In this document: one piece after another, positions 18,663 to 28,935 of the stretch
Layout of the letters: every line of letters starts with the position of its first letter
Position numbering within the stretch: position 1 is the first letter of the stretch
Assembly: GCA_965224705.1 (NCBI GenBank)
Contig: OZ245056.1
Location: 1,120,001 to 1,184,000 of the forward strand
Direction: 5' to 3'
DNA: 64,000 nt
Origin: Spirochaetaceae bacterium
Lineage (GTDB): Bacteria; Spirochaetota; Spirochaetia; DSM-2461
Notes under the pieces: model-generated
Database searches by the model: none
Told to the model about the DNA's origin: nothing
Seen by the model: the letters and a program-made list of their open reading frames with translations, nothing else
Position numbers and translations under genes: made by a program

Positions 18663-20033
18663 ATGCAGCTTTTTCTTGGATTGGACATTGGAACCACCTC
18701 TCTTTCTCTTGTTGTTCTTGACATTGAAAATGGAAATGAACTGTTTAAAACGAACATACAGCACGAATCCCGGAACATTGAAGACCTGTCAGATGAGTAT
18801 ACACTGAATCCTGATAAAATTCTCAATGAAGCGTTGAAACTTGTATTTTCGGCTGTGAGCCAGTATCCGGACATACAGGGAATCGGAATCACAGGTCAGA
18901 TGCACGGAATCATTCTGGTCAATGGATTGGGCCGTGCAGTCAGTCCTGTCTATACCTGGCTGGATATGAGATCGACCAGGCAGGGAGCCGATGGAATGTC
19001 TCCTCTTTCAGCCATGGCCATGGAAATGGGCAAAACACTTCCTCCAGGATATGGTGCGGCAACGCTGTTTGCTCTGGAAAGGGATGGGATGGTTCCTGAT
19101 TCTGCCGCAGCGTTCTGCACAATGCCCGACTATGCCGCCATGAATCTGGTCGGCAGGAGTCAGCCTGTCACAGATCCTGCACTGGGGCACAGTCTTGGTT
19201 TCTTTGATATCGATACGGAATCCTTCCAGTTAGACATCTGGAAGAAGATAACATCATTGAACCTGCCTGAAGTGCTGCCATCAACAACGATGATCGGTTT
19301 GTATAACGGTAGAATACCTGTTACTGTCGCTACCGGGGATAATCAGGCCAGTTTTCTTGCATCAGTTCGTGATCCTGAGCGGGCGATTCTTATAAATATT
19401 GGCACAAGTGGTCAGATCGCCTGCCTGGAATCAAAGAAAACCTCCCCAATCAATCCGCAGCTGGATATTCGTCCATTTCCAACCGGAGAGAAATTGATTG
19501 TCGGTGCCAGTCTATCGGGTGGGAAGTCCTTCGATGTTCTTGCGGATCTTATAGCGGATATTGTGAATCGTGCTGTTCCTGATACCAGATTCAATCCCTA
19601 TGATGTCATCGACAGTTTTGAAACAGCAGATGACAGCAGGAATAGCCTTATTATTGATACAAGCTTTGCCGGAACACGGCTGGACCCATCCAGAACCGGG
19701 ACAATTGAGGGCATAACGCTTAAAAACTTCACAATTGAGCAATTATATTGGGGTTTTTCTGCCGGGATGATTCGAGAGCTGCGAACGATGCTGGAACCAG
19801 AGATGACTCCCTCCAGTGATGCCTACACGGTGATATCTGGTAACTCAATTGTCAAAAACCGATCCCTTCAATTGGAAATCGCAAAACAGTTCAATACTCC
19901 AGTGATGATGCCGCGGTTTAAAGAGTCCGCTGCCCGGGGCGCGGCCCTGATTGCATCGGCCCGTGCTCATCCAGCCCAACTCCATGAACTCGCGGTCAGG
20001 GTGATTACCTACGACACCATGCCGTCAGGTTAA
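18663..20033 (+). CDS. FGGY-family carbohydrate kinase (sedoheptulokinase-like)
   Basis: LGLDIGTTS, GITGQMHG, GDNQASF, INIGTSGQ. ATG 18663. Confidence 0.85.
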   Translation: MQLFLGLDIGTTSLSLVVLDIENGNELFKTNIQHESRNIEDLSDEYTLNPDKILNEALKLVFSAVSQYPDIQGIGITGQMHGIILVNGLGRAVSPVYTWLDMRSTRQGADGMSPLSAMAMEMGKTLPPGYGAATLFALERDGMVPDSAAAFCTMPDYAAMNLVGRSQPVTDPALGHSLGFFDIDTESFQLDIWKKITSLNLPEVLPSTTMIGLYNGRIPVTVATGDNQASFLASVRDPERAILINIGTSGQIACLESKKTSPINPQLDIRPFPTGEKLIVGASLSGGKSFDVLADLIADIVNRAVPDTRFNPYDVIDSFETADDSRNSLIIDTSFAGTRLDPSRTGTIEGITLKNFTIEQLYWGFSAGMIRELRTMLEPEMTPSSDAYTVISGNSIVKNRSLQLEIAKQFNTPVMMPRFKESAARGAALIASARAHPAQLHELAVRVITYDTMPSG

Positions 20034-20870
20034 ACCAAATTCCCGTGCTTTATTCCCCAGAAACGCAACACCGTCAGTAATCATCTTCTCCGGGTCTTTT
20101 ACAATATCCCTCCACATGCAAGTTGCTCTCAGAATATCTTCATTCAAACTGACAAAAGATTCCATAATCAGCGCACCTTTGAATCCAATTTCGGCAAGGC
20201 CGGAGAAAACATCATCCCAATCCACGGTACCGGTACCAGGTGTTCCGCGATGGCTCTCCGACAGATGAATGTATTCCAACCTTTTACCAGCCGTGCGTAT
20301 GGCATCGCTGAAGGATTCTTCTTCAATATTCAGATGGTATGTGTCCAGATGGATGAACATGTTATCTGAGTCTATTCTGTCCATAAGTTCAACAGCTTGT
20401 TGTGAAGTATTGATCAAATAAGTTTCATAGCGGTTTACCGGTTCAATGCCAAGTTTTACCCCTTTTCCCCTGGCATATTCCGCTGTTTTTCGAAGAACAT
20501 CCGCTATGATACGATAATCTGATTCTTCGGGACGCCTTCCCGGCAGCTCTCCAAGTGTACCATAAAGCACACCCGTCAACCGATCACCGCCAGCTTCGCT
20601 TACAGAATTGACCGCACGTTTTAACTCTTCAAATGCTCCTTCAGGATTCTCCGGAAGACTCCTCTCAGAGGGCAGTCCCAGAGAGTAAGCTGCCGTGATA
20701 CCGGATTCCATCAGGAGTTTTTTCGTTTTCGATGCGTCAAAGGTTTCCGGGTGCAGCATGGGTATCTCAACGATGTTCAGCCCAAGACGGGCCGCCTCAG
20801 AAATAACACGGGCACCAGTCGCATTGTTCCATTCCTTTTCCCATACAAAAGCATGAGCTCCAAACTCCAT
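20025..20870 (-). CDS. Ketose 3-epimerase (D-tagatose/D-psicose 3-epimerase family)
   Basis: EPVNRYE, HLDTYH, HLSESHRG and MESF metal/catalytic motifs. Confidence 0.85.
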   Translation of the reverse strand: MEFGAHAFVWEKEWNNATGARVISEAARLGLNIVEIPMLHPETFDASKTKKLLMESGITAAYSLGLPSERSLPENPEGAFEELKRAVNSVSEAGGDRLTGVLYGTLGELPGRRPEESDYRIIADVLRKTAEYARGKGVKLGIEPVNRYETYLINTSQQAVELMDRIDSDNMFIHLDTYHLNIEEESFSDAIRTAGKRLEYIHLSESHRGTPGTGTVDWDDVFSGLAEIGFKGALIMESFVSLNEDILRATCMWRDIVKDPEKMITDGVAFLGNKAREFGLT

Positions 20871-20902
20871 ATTTTTCTCCTATCAGTCCCGGTTGGGACA
20901 AT

Positions 20903-21943
20903 CTATTCAGATCTTCTGCTGTCAGGCAGAGTTTTCCTTGATAAAAGCTGACGCTGATTCTGCCAGTGACGATATGCTATCGCACCAATCAGCAGGGCAC
21001 CCCAGATCGCCACAGTTGCAAATGACCGGATACCCACCAGGTTCAAACCGCTTGTGATCATTTGAAGAATAACAAGGGCCATTATCAAACCGGAAACCTT
21101 GCCGAATCCGCCATCGGGGTTGACACCGCCCAGCATACAGATCAATACGGTCTGGAGCAGAAGGGATGAGCCCTGTCTTGCATTGGCCGAATTGAAACGT
21201 GCAAGCATGATAATGGCCGCGACTCCTCCCAGGGAAGTGGACAGTATATAGGCTTTCACCAGTTCCCTGCGGACATTCACGCCTGAAAACTCTGTGGCGG
21301 ACGCATTGGAGCCGATGAAGTACAGATGATTACCAAATGGACGCCGTCCAAGAACAACTGTTATTGCAAAGGCAGTACCAATCAAAACGAAAAGCGGTAT
21401 CGGCAGTCCCAGAAATCGGCCATTGCCTATTATCAGGAATTCTTCCGGAAGACCTGAAATGACGAATCCCTTCGTGATGGCCAGAGTAATTCCTTCGTAC
21501 AGAATCATTGTTCCGAGAGTGGCCAGAACGGCCGGAACTTCCATGTATCCAATAAGCCATCCATTTATAAATCCAAGAAACACAGAAAAGAGGAGTCCAA
21601 CAGCAATGGTCAATAAAACCATGATGATAACCACCGATTGAGATGCCTCAGGAGGAAGGAGCCGGGTCAGAAGAAGGGCCATCACGACTGCGGAAAGATT
21701 GGCAGAGCTGATAATAGCCAGATTTATACCGGCTGTTATCATGGCAATCATCATTCCCAGGGATAACAGGCCCAGCTCAGGCAACTGAACGGCAAGGTTT
21801 AAAATACTGTCCCTTCCCAGGAATTTCCCCCCGGTTGCCAAAGTCATGACAATGATGGTTGCGGCCAACAGCCATGGCAGTACGGAAATATCGGGATTTC
21901 GAAGATGCCAATGTCGGCTGCCCCGTGCAAGTTTACTGAACAT
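20903..21943 (-). CDS. Monosaccharide ABC transporter permease (CUT2)
   Basis: ITAGINL, LATLGTM, IGSNASATEFSG. ATG 21943 overlaps the upstream stop. Confidence 0.88.
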   Translation of the reverse strand: MFSKLARGSRHWHLRNPDISVLPWLLAATIIVMTLATGGKFLGRDSILNLAVQLPELGLLSLGMMIAMITAGINLAIISSANLSAVVMALLLTRLLPPEASQSVVIIMVLLTIAVGLLFSVFLGFINGWLIGYMEVPAVLATLGTMILYEGITLAITKGFVISGLPEEFLIIGNGRFLGLPIPLFVLIGTAFAITVVLGRRPFGNHLYFIGSNASATEFSGVNVRRELVKAYILSTSLGGVAAIIMLARFNSANARQGSSLLLQTVLICMLGGVNPDGGFGKVSGLIMALVILQMITSGLNLVGIRSFATVAIWGALLIGAIAYRHWQNQRQLLSRKTLPDSRRSE

Positions 21944-22997
21944 CGATAACCCTTTCACGCCGTCTAGCCAGTACAGTTCTCGTGGCCGTGATGCTGATGC
22001 TGATAAGAACAATGGAACCAATGAATACCTGATGCCAGAAAGACTGCACTTTGAGAATGGTCAGGGCATTGGTTATGACGGCAATCAAGGCAACACCAAG
22101 CAATGTTCCTCCGACTGTGCCGGCACCTCCGAAGATACTGGCTCCTCCCAGTACAACGGCAGCGACAACATCAAACTCCTTCCCCACCAGGGCATTCGGG
22201 GCAACTGTTTGAGTATTGAGTGTGTGGACGATTCCAGAAAGCCCGGCTGTAAATCCAAGGAAAGAATATGCGAAGACTCTCAGCTTAAAGATACTCAATC
22301 CCGCACGTCTGCATGCTTCCAGATTCCCGCCCAGTGCGTACAGGCGGCGCCCAAGACGAAGATACTTGAGAATCAAGAATGCAAGTACTGCAACCAGTAT
22401 CCAGATGAGGGTGAGGATTGATAAACCGTACTCAGCTCCATTTGAATCTGTAAAACTGAATATGAATTCTCTTCCTGTGTTCTGAAACCACTTTGGGAAG
22501 TCATAAATCCATCGGCCGCCCGATATAAGCTGAAGAAGTCCGTAGTAGATATTCAGATTTGCTATGGCCACAATAATGGAGGGTGCCCCCAGTTTGTGGA
22601 TGATGAACGCATTGACTGCCCCCAGAGCTATTCCTGTGGCTAATGGAACGAAGACAACCAGTATCGGCGAGATTTCCGGGAGATTTGCCATGAGGAGGGC
22701 CATGAGATATTGCGCAACAGTTGCTGTTGCGAAAAAGGAGATATCAAGGCCGCCAGCGATGAGTACAAACAGGAAGCCTATGGACAGTATCCCGGTATAA
22801 GAATAACTCTTGAGGATCTGAAAACCGTTTCTCGCAGTGAAGAAGCTGGGGGCTGCCAGAGAAATAGAGGCAATGAGAATTACCAGAATCGCAAGGAGAC
22901 TGATCTCATTTTTTTGAAAAAGATTTCTCAGCAGCTGCCGGGATCGACTTGTTTCGTTACGCAAGGTTAAACCTCTCAAGTAATTCCTTTTCTGCAT
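21933..22997 (-). CDS. Monosaccharide ABC transporter permease (CUT2)
   Basis: IAGGLDIS, YALGGN, VAAVVLGGASIFGG. Confidence 0.9.
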   Translation of the reverse strand: MQKRNYLRGLTLRNETSRSRQLLRNLFQKNEISLLAILVILIASISLAAPSFFTARNGFQILKSYSYTGILSIGFLFVLIAGGLDISFFATATVAQYLMALLMANLPEISPILVVFVPLATGIALGAVNAFIIHKLGAPSIIVAIANLNIYYGLLQLISGGRWIYDFPKWFQNTGREFIFSFTDSNGAEYGLSILTLIWILVAVLAFLILKYLRLGRRLYALGGNLEACRRAGLSIFKLRVFAYSFLGFTAGLSGIVHTLNTQTVAPNALVGKEFDVVAAVVLGGASIFGGAGTVGGTLLGVALIAVITNALTILKVQSFWHQVFIGSIVLISISITATRTVLARRRERVIDVQ

Positions 22998-24444
22998 CTG
23001 GCCCCGGTATCACTTCGTCGATGATTCGTCCCCGATCCATCACCAGAACCCTGTGGCAGTTCGACAGAACTTCATGGACTTCATCTGAAATCATAATAAT
23101 GCCAAGTCCTTCAACCGCCAGTTGTTTGATGAAATCATGGACGCTGTTTTTTGCCAGTACATCAATACCGACTGTTGGTTCATCCAGAATAAGGATTCGT
23201 GGATTGGTAGCCAGCCATTTCGAGAGCACAACTTTTTGCTGATTACCTCCCGATAGAGTCTGAACCGGTGCATTCAGATCTGGAATCTTGATTGAAAGTT
23301 CATCAACCCATCTGGAAGCTTCTTCAACCTGAGCCTTCTCATCCAGAAGTCCCAGCCAGCTGGTCAGCCTTTCCAGGACTGTTACCGTTGTATTCGACAG
23401 GATGGACTGAGGCATGACAAGGCCCTGCTCCAGACGGTTTTCAGGCACATAGGCTATTCCAGCCTGTGCAGCAGTTTCATTGGCCGTAAGTTTGAGATTG
23501 CTTCCATCGAGAAGCACCCTGCCTCCGTCCGGAGAATTCATTCCAAAGAGGCTGAGAGCCAGTTCTGTTCGACCGGATCCCAATCGTCCTGTTATGCCCA
23601 GAATCTCGCCCTTATGCAGAGTGAATGAAATATCCTGATAGTTATCCCGTTTCGAAAGATCCTCTACAACAAGAAGCTCTTCCTGATTCTTGAGAACCTC
23701 CGGTGGTTTCACCAGAACCTTTTCACCCGTCATGAGGTAAACAAGCCTGTCCCTATCCAGTTCTGAGGGCTGATATACCCCAATCTTTCTGCCATCCCTG
23801 AAAACAGTGACTCTCTCCGCAATCTCGAATATTTCGTTTAGCTTATGACTGACGAACAAAGTTGCAATTCCTCTGGACTTCAATCGGGTAATGATGTCAA
23901 AAAGAAGATCGACCTCAGTTCGTGTCAATGAGGCTGTGGGTTCGTCAAGAATCAGCAGTTTAAGATCGCTCATGATGACACGGGCAATTTCAACCTGCTG
24001 CTGTTCAGCGATGGATAATGACGCAACCGGTTTATCCAGATTCAGTTTCAAACCAATAAGCTCTGTTGCTTCCCGTGCACGTGATTCAATCATTTTCCAG
24101 TTCACATGAATACCGGGAGTGTCACGGTACAGACTGAAGGCTATATTCTCCTTTGCCGTGAGATTCGGAAACAGGGCGAGATCCTGGTAAATCACTCTGA
24201 TTCCGCGATTCATTGCTTCTCGGGCGGTTAAGGAAATCAGATTTTCGCCGTCAACGCAGATCTTTGCGCCGACTTCCGGCTGTATAACTCCGGATATAAT
24301 CTTTATAATCGTTGATTTACCGGAACCATTCTCACCCACAAGGCAGTGGACTTCACCTGAATGCAGGGTGAGATCCACCGCATTTAATGCACAAACCCCG
24401 GGATAGAGTTTTGTTATGTTCTCAAATTTGATTACTTCTCTCAT
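22957..24444 (-). CDS. Monosaccharide ABC transporter ATP-binding protein (two NBDs)
   Basis: GENGSGKST, LILDEPT, LSGGNQQKV. Confidence 0.95.
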   Translation of the reverse strand: MREVIKFENITKLYPGVCALNAVDLTLHSGEVHCLVGENGSGKSTIIKIISGVIQPEVGAKICVDGENLISLTAREAMNRGIRVIYQDLALFPNLTAKENIAFSLYRDTPGIHVNWKMIESRAREATELIGLKLNLDKPVASLSIAEQQQVEIARVIMSDLKLLILDEPTASLTRTEVDLLFDIITRLKSRGIATLFVSHKLNEIFEIAERVTVFRDGRKIGVYQPSELDRDRLVYLMTGEKVLVKPPEVLKNQEELLVVEDLSKRDNYQDISFTLHKGEILGITGRLGSGRTELALSLFGMNSPDGGRVLLDGSNLKLTANETAAQAGIAYVPENRLEQGLVMPQSILSNTTVTVLERLTSWLGLLDEKAQVEEASRWVDELSIKIPDLNAPVQTLSGGNQQKVVLSKWLATNPRILILDEPTVGIDVLAKNSVHDFIKQLAVEGLGIIMISDEVHEVLSNCHRVLVMDRGRIIDEVIPGPDAEKELLERFNLA

Positions 24445-24469
24445 AATCAGCCCGGGGTCAATTATAATA

Positions 24470-25477
24470 CTAGAATCCGAACGAGTCAGCGTTTTGAGCT
24501 GTTACTTCCGCCGGTGCATGAAAAGTAACAACCGAGCCGTCGATGGCTATGGGCCCGTTCTTCGGCAGATCACCCGCATTCTCCGGAGTGCCGCCCTGGA
24601 GAAGATGTCGCACAAGATAGGCGGAGTCCCAGCCAATATTGTACGGATTGCTTATGTAGTTCGCATTAATTGTACCCTCTGTAAGATAGGATTTCGCCTG
24701 ACTGGGAACCGATCCGCCGACAATGGCGATATCATCCCGATTCAGGGAGGTCGTCGCCTGAGCACCGCCGATTGCTCCCAGGCTGCCGATGTACATAACT
24801 CCTACAAGATCTTCGTAAGCGGCTATCAGCTCCAGAGTTCGATCCTGGGCATCTTCAACACTTTCCGATCCTTCCAGTCGAGATGTTACCTGATACAGGT
24901 CCGGATATGTTTTTTCCTGATGCACGACGGCCATATCGGCTCTTTGATTGTGCGATGTAACCGTTAGCCCCCCCACCATGATGGCATAGCCGCCTTTTGT
25001 TCCAGCTTCACGAACAAAAAGCTCCATCATATCACTGCCGTATTTCTCGGCGATAAGGAACTCAATATCCAGATCCGCATTCTGAATGCCCGGTGCTTCC
25101 TGAGATATCATGAGGATGCCGGCTTCACGTCCTTTTGCCATGATGGGTTCCAGAACTTTTGTGTCATTGGGAACAACGACAATGGCATCCGGCTGCTGTG
25201 CTATGGCATCTTCAAGAATCCGTGCCTGAGCTGCCGGATCCGTGTCAGGAGCTCCAACAACGGAAATTGACAGATCTCCGACTTCTTTCGCATAATCTTT
25301 AAATCCATTTTCCATTGCAGTGAACCATGGGATCCCAACCAGCTTGGGTAGGAAGATAATCCGATAAGCGTCATCATCCTCTTCTGTGACACCACCAGCA
25401 AAACTGCCCAGCGTTACACCCGTTACAAGCATCACAACCAGGGTTCCCTTCAATATGGAAACCAGTAAATTATTCAT
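24470..25477 (-). CDS. Monosaccharide ABC substrate-binding protein (LsrB/rhamnose-binding-like)
   Basis: AGGAGG RBS before ATG 25477, signal peptide, PKLVGIPWF motif. Confidence 0.85.
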   Translation of the reverse strand: MNNLLVSILKGTLVVMLVTGVTLGSFAGGVTEEDDDAYRIIFLPKLVGIPWFTAMENGFKDYAKEVGDLSISVVGAPDTDPAAQARILEDAIAQQPDAIVVVPNDTKVLEPIMAKGREAGILMISQEAPGIQNADLDIEFLIAEKYGSDMMELFVREAGTKGGYAIMVGGLTVTSHNQRADMAVVHQEKTYPDLYQVTSRLEGSESVEDAQDRTLELIAAYEDLVGVMYIGSLGAIGGAQATTSLNRDDIAIVGGSVPSQAKSYLTEGTINANYISNPYNIGWDSAYLVRHLLQGGTPENAGDLPKNGPIAIDGSVVTFHAPAEVTAQNADSFGF

Positions 25478-25819
25478 ATAGCGCCTCCTAAAATCAGCTA
25501 TCATTGATTTTAACGTCCTGGTAAAAATATATCAATACCAATTATGGATTTTTTCCTTACCATTATGTTTTCCAATACGAAACTTGGTAATTACTTCTAT
25601 TCCAATGATGAGGCTGGAAATCAAATTCAATTCTTTGTGCCATTGAGTAAAGGAAGACTGTTGTAATACAATGCTTACCGGACGCCTCAAACATATCTAT
25701 TCCGCTTCCAGGTGTGATCCTTTTTGCCGCTGCGGCATTGTCAGGATGTCGAGGTATTCCCTGAATGTGATGAGGCCCTGCTCATCTTCAACCGGATTAT
25801 CATGTAAGTGAGGTGATTT

Positions 25820-27619
25820 ATGAGTCCTGTCCCTGAACGAAAAGATGCTCCAATTCCTGATACATGGGATCTTTCCTCCCTGTATGCCGATGATGAGGCA
25901 TGGCAATCCGGCCTGGCCGAATTGGAAGGAATGATCCCGGAGGTAACGAAATTCCAGAACACTCTGGGCAAATCAGCCGAATGCCTTGCCAGGGCTCTGG
26001 AATTCATTGTGAGAACTCTGGGAGAGCTTGAAGAACGGCTTGGCTACTATGTGATGCTGAGACATTCCGAAGATATTGGAAACGGAACGGTCCAGGGTCT
26101 CCATGCCCAATATGTGAGTGTTACGACCAGAATTGAAGCAGCAACCAGCTGGATGAAACCGGAAATCATGACGATCAGCGATGATGTGATGGATGATTTC
26201 TTAAAAAATGACCTCCTTGCTGACTTCCGCATCTTTCTTTTCAGGATTCTGAGACTCAAGCCGCATGTACTGAGCGAAAAAGAAGAAACCCTTCTCGCCA
26301 AACAAACTGAATTCGCCCAGACAGCTTCCAATGCCTTTAGCTCTCTCACCAATGCCGACATGGAATTCGGTACGGTAAAAACCTCCGATGAAGAAGAAGT
26401 CACCATAACACACAGCACCTATGCTTCCCTTATGCTCAATACGGACAGGAGTCTCCGTGAGGATGCCTACCGTAAATTCTACCGAGTTTTTGATGGGCAC
26501 AAAAACACCCTGGCCAACCTCTATGCCGGGAGTGTTCACCTGGATAAGTACATTGCTGAAATCCGCGGCTATTCGTCTTCCAGGGAGCAGGCCCTTTACA
26601 GAGACAATGTTCCGGTTGTTCTGTATGACAATCTGGTGAGTACGGTTCGAGACAATCTGCCCACCCTTCATGAGTACTACGAATTGCGTGCTGAACGATC
26701 GGGTGTTTCCGGAGACCTCCGCCATTGGGATACGGCGGTCTCTCTGGTGGATGGAGGCGTCAAAGTGAATCACAGCTGGAACGAGGCGGTGGAAGTCATA
26801 ACGGCGGCCTTGAAACCTCTGGGAACCCAGTATGTGGACACCCTCCGTTCCGGCCTTTCAGGCCGCTGGGCCGACCGCTATGAGAATAAGGGAAAACGCT
26901 CCGGGGCATTCAGTGCAGGATCCTATACTGGCGATCCCTACATTCTCATGAACTTCAAGGAAGATGTATTGAGGGATGTTTTTACGCTGGCCCATGAAGG
27001 AGGCCACTCAATGCACTCATGGTACAGCGTGAGGAATAATCCCTTCCCCCACTATAATTATACTATATTCGAGGCCGAAGTGGCCTCTACCTTCAATGAA
27101 CAGCTTCTGGCTCATGCAATGCTGAATGATACCAGTGACAATGAGCTCAAGGCATTTCTAATTGGCAAGCAGATTGACGATGTTGTCGCTACCATCTACA
27201 GGCAGACCATGTTTGCCGAGTTTGAAAGGGATACACATGCCATGGCCGAATCTGGAAAGCCGCTCACCGCGGATACATTGAGATCCCTGTACCGCAATCT
27301 TCAAGAGGACTACTTTGGACCGGCCATGAATCTTGAAGAAGTCAGTGATCTGGAATGCTTGAGAATTCCACACTTTTACAGTGCATTTTACGTATACAAA
27401 TATGCGACCGGTCTCTCGGCCGCGATGAGTCTGGCCCAGCGTGTACTCAATGGCGGTGAATCTGAGCGGAACGATTACCTGAATTTTCTCAAATCAGGGG
27501 GGTCTCAATTCCCCCTGGACTCATTGAAACTTGCCGGGGTAGATATGACGGGGCCTGATGCCGTCAATACCGCTCTTGGTCAGTTCAAGAAAATGATTGA
27601 CCGGTTCAAAAATCTCTGA
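25820..27619 (+). CDS. pepF: Oligoendopeptidase F (M3B)
   Basis: TWDLS, GKRSGAFS, zinc motif HEGGH, AEVAST, RIPHFY. Confidence 0.95.
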   Translation: MSPVPERKDAPIPDTWDLSSLYADDEAWQSGLAELEGMIPEVTKFQNTLGKSAECLARALEFIVRTLGELEERLGYYVMLRHSEDIGNGTVQGLHAQYVSVTTRIEAATSWMKPEIMTISDDVMDDFLKNDLLADFRIFLFRILRLKPHVLSEKEETLLAKQTEFAQTASNAFSSLTNADMEFGTVKTSDEEEVTITHSTYASLMLNTDRSLREDAYRKFYRVFDGHKNTLANLYAGSVHLDKYIAEIRGYSSSREQALYRDNVPVVLYDNLVSTVRDNLPTLHEYYELRAERSGVSGDLRHWDTAVSLVDGGVKVNHSWNEAVEVITAALKPLGTQYVDTLRSGLSGRWADRYENKGKRSGAFSAGSYTGDPYILMNFKEDVLRDVFTLAHEGGHSMHSWYSVRNNPFPHYNYTIFEAEVASTFNEQLLAHAMLNDTSDNELKAFLIGKQIDDVVATIYRQTMFAEFERDTHAMAESGKPLTADTLRSLYRNLQEDYFGPAMNLEEVSDLECLRIPHFYSAFYVYKYATGLSAAMSLAQRVLNGGESERNDYLNFLKSGGSQFPLDSLKLAGVDMTGPDAVNTALGQFKKMIDRFKNL

Positions 27620-27630
27620 TCCGTAACACA

Positions 27631-28848
27631 ATGACGAAAAGGATTGCACCGGGAACCCATATTGTTCTTATACTCTGTCTTATATCCTGCCAGCCTGAAG
27701 TCGATATCATCCACATTCTGACGGACAAAACGGAGCTGGCAATCGCAGCGGAAATCTTTGCCGGCCTCAATGATGATGTTCAGATTACTCTTCGGCATGT
27801 CCCCTTCATTGATGTGGAAACGCTCAGGGAAAACAAACCTGATTTAGTTGTTGGCGATGATATCAACACGGCAGCAATCAGTTCTCTTCTGGCACCTGTC
27901 AGGTTACAGGCTTCAACATACCCGGCCCTAACCGGCCCCGTAGACTCCCAGGGGAAGCAAATCTTCTTCCCGCTTTCCTTTAATTTACCTGTTGTTATGG
28001 GAAGGAAAGATGTGATGAATTCATTACCCGATCCGGTTGTTATTCGGGAATCGGATATACGTGAGCTGGAAAAATCCTTTGTTCGGCACGATGAGCATGG
28101 ACGCCTGACCCGGCTTGGATTCTCTCCAGGCTGGAATCATGCAAGTTATATTGACATGGTCTGGCTGGAAGTTGGTGATTCTGAGATAGTTTTTGAAAAA
28201 CCGGCCGATATAAACGACGGTTTTCTCCAGGTTGTGACGAATTTGAGGGACTGGATAACCGGATCTGCCGGTAGTCTTGAACTGGAGACTGAGTTCTCAG
28301 AACGATATCATTACCTCCCGGATGAAATACTGCTCAACAAGAGATGGATCAACTTTGCAAGAACAGACTTTTCTACATGGGTTACCATTCCAGGCAATAT
28401 CATCCGTGATTTTGACATCCGTTATTTTTCCGGAGATCGTTTCATCCCTGTTCAGTCTGTCACATGGGGCGGCATTCTCAAAGGGAAGAAATCATCCGAG
28501 AGGGCTGAGGATTTTTTAGGCTGGCTTCTTTTACCTTCAACACAAAAAAGACTGATTGAACGATGGGAACTGGAAGGGCTGACAGTTTTCGGATTCCTCA
28601 ATGGTTTGTCATCAATCCCTGAAGTTAACCAGAAGATTCTACTGGACAGATTTCCAATACTCCGGGGGATGCTTCCAGAAAACCACTATCTGACCGTACG
28701 ACAAAGACTCCCGGACCGATGGGCCAGGATCAGAGATGAAGTTGTTCTTCCCTGGATGCATTCTTCCATATATACATCCGATTTTGTCCAGACTCTTTCT
28801 GAGGCTTACACGGCCTGGGATCTGTCATCCCTTAACCACAGTGAATAG
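27631..28848 (+). CDS. Hypothetical lipoprotein, possibly solute-binding fold
   Basis: 405-aa ORF with lipobox LISC; PLSFNLP; operonic with pepF. Confidence 0.6.
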   Translation: MTKRIAPGTHIVLILCLISCQPEVDIIHILTDKTELAIAAEIFAGLNDDVQITLRHVPFIDVETLRENKPDLVVGDDINTAAISSLLAPVRLQASTYPALTGPVDSQGKQIFFPLSFNLPVVMGRKDVMNSLPDPVVIRESDIRELEKSFVRHDEHGRLTRLGFSPGWNHASYIDMVWLEVGDSEIVFEKPADINDGFLQVVTNLRDWITGSAGSLELETEFSERYHYLPDEILLNKRWINFARTDFSTWVTIPGNIIRDFDIRYFSGDRFIPVQSVTWGGILKGKKSSERAEDFLGWLLLPSTQKRLIERWELEGLTVFGFLNGLSSIPEVNQKILLDRFPILRGMLPENHYLTVRQRLPDRWARIRDEVVLPWMHSSIYTSDFVQTLSEAYTAWDLSSLNHSE

Positions 28849-28935
28849 GAACTGCCGCATCAGGTATTGATTTCAATGGGCTGTGAACAGCACCGAAACT
28901 ATGCTATCATTGTCTCTGTTCTGAATTGAACGAGT

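Noticed and set aside
18627..25587. Shared operator CCAA-Nx-TTGG upstream of the kinase (18627-18643) and the ABC operon (25572-25587)
   Set aside because: Spacing differs (9 vs 8 nt) and both regions are AT-rich, so it is too weak to call.
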